Shown here piece by piece: positions 43,320 through 43,407 of a stretch of 43,407 nucleotides of DNA. Source of the stretch: Candidatus Peregrinibacteria bacterium (GTDB taxonomy: Bacteria; Patescibacteriota; Gracilibacteria; Peribacterales; Peribacteraceae); the NCBI GenBank assembly GCA_018662075.1, contig JABJGX010000011.1:1-43407 (forward strand), read 5' to 3'. The notes under the pieces are model-generated. The model was not told the origin of the DNA, ran no database searches, and saw only the letters and a program-made list of their open reading frames with translations. Made by a program: the position numbers and the translations under genes. Numbering within the stretch: the first letter of the stretch is position 1; each line of letters opens with the position of its first letter.

Positions 43320-43407
43320 GGACAGAAGGTTACCTTTATTTCTTCTTCTATCCAAATTTTGCTATACTTCAAGCCTGATGGACATCAAAAGACTATCTCG
43401 TCGGCGC

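Noticed and set aside
1-43407. An alternative genetic code (TGA read as Gly or Trp, codes 25 or 4) as the explanation for the TGA scarcity.
   Set aside because: No conserved gene is split at a TGA, and the standard code gives intact full-length ORFs, including one of 1503 codons. TGA appears unused rather than reassigned in this window.

Overview
This is a 43.4-kb, gene-dense chromosomal segment with about 45 CDS and one tRNA. I saw no rRNA, CRISPR array, transposase or integrase. All protein calls come from by-eye motif recognition on the supplied translations; no searches were run.

The backbone is housekeeping:
- Translation and RNA modification: hpf, rplY, rlmH, an rlmD-like methyltransferase, def, gatB, efp.
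- Repair and replication: uvrC, nth, a DnaQ-like exonuclease.
- Metabolism: folB-folK-folE, folA-thyA, guaA, gpmA.
- Envelope and secretion: secD, ccdA plus a thioredoxin lipoprotein, and glycan genes (GT2, a truncated polyprenyl-phosphate sugar transferase, an NDP-sugar pyrophosphorylase, an O-antigen-ligase-like protein, a UDP-GlcNAc 2-epimerase).
- Regulation: an ECF sigma / anti-sigma pair.

Many acidic lineage-specific ORFans, large inserts in conserved proteins and the absence of Shine-Dalgarno motifs fit an uncultivated small-genome lineage such as CPR/Patescibacteria. That placement is inference only.

Most interesting observations:
1. 1924-5810: a two-gene module. A 7TM membrane protein ending in -QEE is translationally coupled to one polypeptide that fuses a RimK/TTL-type ATP-grasp amino-acid ligase to a DUF1704/MATCAP-type (HExxH, QEGLA) carboxypeptidase. 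This looks like a candidate writer-eraser system for C-terminal amino-acid tails.
2. 11263-16363: a 5-kb insertion bounded by tRNA-Glu and an exact 16-nt copy of its 3' end. It has no integrase. It carries a 1503-aa effector-like protein (hydrophobic hairpin, polyproline tract, HExxH) and lies next to a SET-domain gene.
3. Stop-codon usage is TAG 23, TAA 19, TGA 1.
4. SecD carries an embedded PrsA-like parvulin module, is preceded by a soluble SecD-P1 paralog lipoprotein, and has no secF.
5. Smaller items: a repeated G-tract element that overlaps stop codons, a folB/folK junction without a canonical start, and a duplicated gatB 5' end forming a leaderless uORF.
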